Assembly (NCBI GenBank): GCA_964016885.1
Contig: OZ024743.1
Span: forward strand, 115,010,001 to 115,074,000
Length of the DNA: 64,000 nt
Reading direction: 5' to 3'
Origin: Eledone cirrhosa
Taxonomy: Eukaryota
Below, one piece after another: positions 62,025 through 64,000 of the stretch. Made by a program: the position numbers and the translations under genes. The first letter of the stretch is position 1; each line of letters opens with the position of its first letter. Below the pieces are notes generated by a model. It worked only from the letters and a program-made list of their open reading frames with translations. It searched no databases and was not told the origin of the DNA.

Positions 62025-62650
62025 ACCGTCACCCATGTCATAAGCAGCTGTCCAAAGATGTCATCTCGGTACTATCTACCTATGAGGCATGATGTAGTGG
62101 CCAAAACACTCTACAATGCAATCCGTAGAAAAGATATCCCCGGCAATAAACACATTAAAAGCTATAGCAATGTGGAAGACATACATCATATGAAAGAGTA
62201 CTGATGGAATGTTCCAGTAAAACCCCCAATAAAATGCAGGCATAACAGACCAGATATTATGATATGGGATAGGGGAAAGAAGGCATGCACAGTAGTGCAA
62301 GTTAGCTGCCCAACTCTTGAGGAGCTTTACTTCACAGAAATAGAAAAAACACGACTTTTTAGGAAATTACAAGTACAATCCATTAAGGGAACAGTAAAAA
62401 TATGTAAAACATTCCCAAAACTCTGCATCTAATAACTGAATATACACTTGTACAGATACAAAGCATATGCACACATACAACTCAAAACATCCACATACAC
62501 ACATACAATAACATCCATAGCTGCACGCACATGCATACATATCTACCTAGTTGATGTTGTGAACATTCCAACGAGAGGTTTGTATCTATGTTAGAAACCG
62601 GCTCTCTCTCTATTGGAAAAAATTTGTGAAATTATAAAACCAGAAGAACA
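62025..62650 (+). mobile_element. 3' end of an R4/Dong-like RLE element with an internal deletion
   Basis: HVISSC...RHDVVA, HNRPDIMIWD...VSCP, and a 3' UTR shared with 15600-15840. (TACA)n flanks. Confidence 0.8.
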
Positions 62651-62739
62651 TACATACATACAAACATATGTGATTGCTGCCCACTCGTTGTCGAATATGG
62701 CCATCCCACGAGAAATAATTAATAATATCGTCATCTCCC

Positions 62740-63565
62740 ACGACTCCACCTGGCGCTCATCCTTGTTCCCGTTCCAACACTTGTCCCTTTATGTCCACCC
62801 TCACAACTCTTACAGGCCCTAGCGGGCCTTTCCGTATCTTCCATTCCTTCACCTGCACATGCACCCACGTTGTCTATGCCCTACGGTGTTCCCTTTGCGG
62901 GTCTTTATATATTGGACAAACGGGACACCGTATGGTGGACCGTTTTGTCGAACATTTGAGGGGCATACGACTCGGCTTGGATACTCCTCTCGCCCGTCAT
63001 TTCTGTTCTCCTGGTCATTCTTCCCTAGATGTTTCAGTCCTGGGTGTCATTTTACATCATGAATCACAGGCTCACCGACCAGGACTGAACACAATCTGAT
63101 TCACCGCCTTGGGTCCTATTCCCCTCTTGGACACAACTCACCTCCGCAATTTCTCTAACACCCCGTCCATTATCACACCCCTAGATTCCTATCGCTTTCT
63201 CTTGATCATTGGCAGCTCCTCTTACAACACATACATGCTAACTATATATGCTCACTCCACTTTTCCCTTCATTGCTCTGTATACACACATACACACCCTT
63301 ATATTAACATACTTTTGCTCATAGCTTCGTAATTACATACACACACACTGTTTTACACACATATACACACATTTATTCTCATCTTCGTACGGACGTATAA
63401 TAACACACACACAGATACTTGCGCACGTTCTCTTTTTACAAACGTTTTTTTTTCCATTTCAGGTAGACGCGCTCCATCATCCACTTTTCTAAAAAATAAA
63501 TCCCACACAAGACGCCAGCACCAACAGTTTTGCAAGAGATGTCGACATGAATGGACCTGTTATCT
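62740..63565 (+). mobile_element. Neptune-like PLE GIY-YIG fragment plus 3' UTR
   Basis: PC...TCPF...FTCTCTHVVYALRCSLCGSLYIGQTGHRMVDRFVEH...PLARHFCSPGHS. Confidence 0.8.
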
Positions 63566-64000
63566 ATATATTAATTTCAACAACGTTATTATTCCGTGTC
63601 ATAATTCTCGATTATCATTGGTTCATAGGTTTCAAATGACTCCGCCCACCTCAACGACGCCAAACTGAAATTAATAGGCATAATGCCAAAGAGGGAGTGA
63701 GAGGGGAGAGTGTGAACGCTGTGTTCAATAACTATTAACATGTGTGCATGTGTATGTACTTGCGCGTATGTTTATGTGTGTGTGCGTGCGTGCAGCGTTC
63801 AACAGAAAGTAAAAACTATCAACTTATGTGAGTGTATGCGCGTTTAAGTTTGCGTGCGTGTGCGCGTTTCCATGCGTGTATGTGTGAGGCGTTCCACAAA
63901 CGCCACGCAGTTTATCTGTCTGTGTGCCTGTCTGTTAGTCTAACATACACAGAGTTTTGAAGGGTGTAAATAGGGACCTTTCTTTACGTTGCCGAACATC

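Overview
This is AT-rich, microsatellite-dense eukaryotic DNA. It is most likely from a coleoid cephalopod (octopod), inferred from the Nin/Deu-domain tRNA-SINE family, the RTE LINEs and the (TA)/(GA)/(GAT) tracts. Most of the window is transposable-element debris. This includes Penelope-like elements (PLEs) of at least three types, several with minimal hammerhead ribozymes in direct or inverted pseudo-LTRs, and several RTE LINE copies, one nearly intact, that carry a PHD-type finger inside the RT. It also includes CRE-, R4/Dong- and Tx1-like fragments, more than 20 SINE copies (eight in a tandem cluster), Helitrons, and hAT- and piggyBac-type MITEs. One host gene can be assembled by hand: a 4-exon, minus-strand gene (61176 to 42804) with all phase-1 introns, encoding a 201-aa secreted DUF4773-like Cys-rich protein that no single ORF in the track shows. 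Two possible small terminal exons of another gene lie at the window start. All family assignments come from motif recognition without database searches, and coordinates of degraded elements are approximate.
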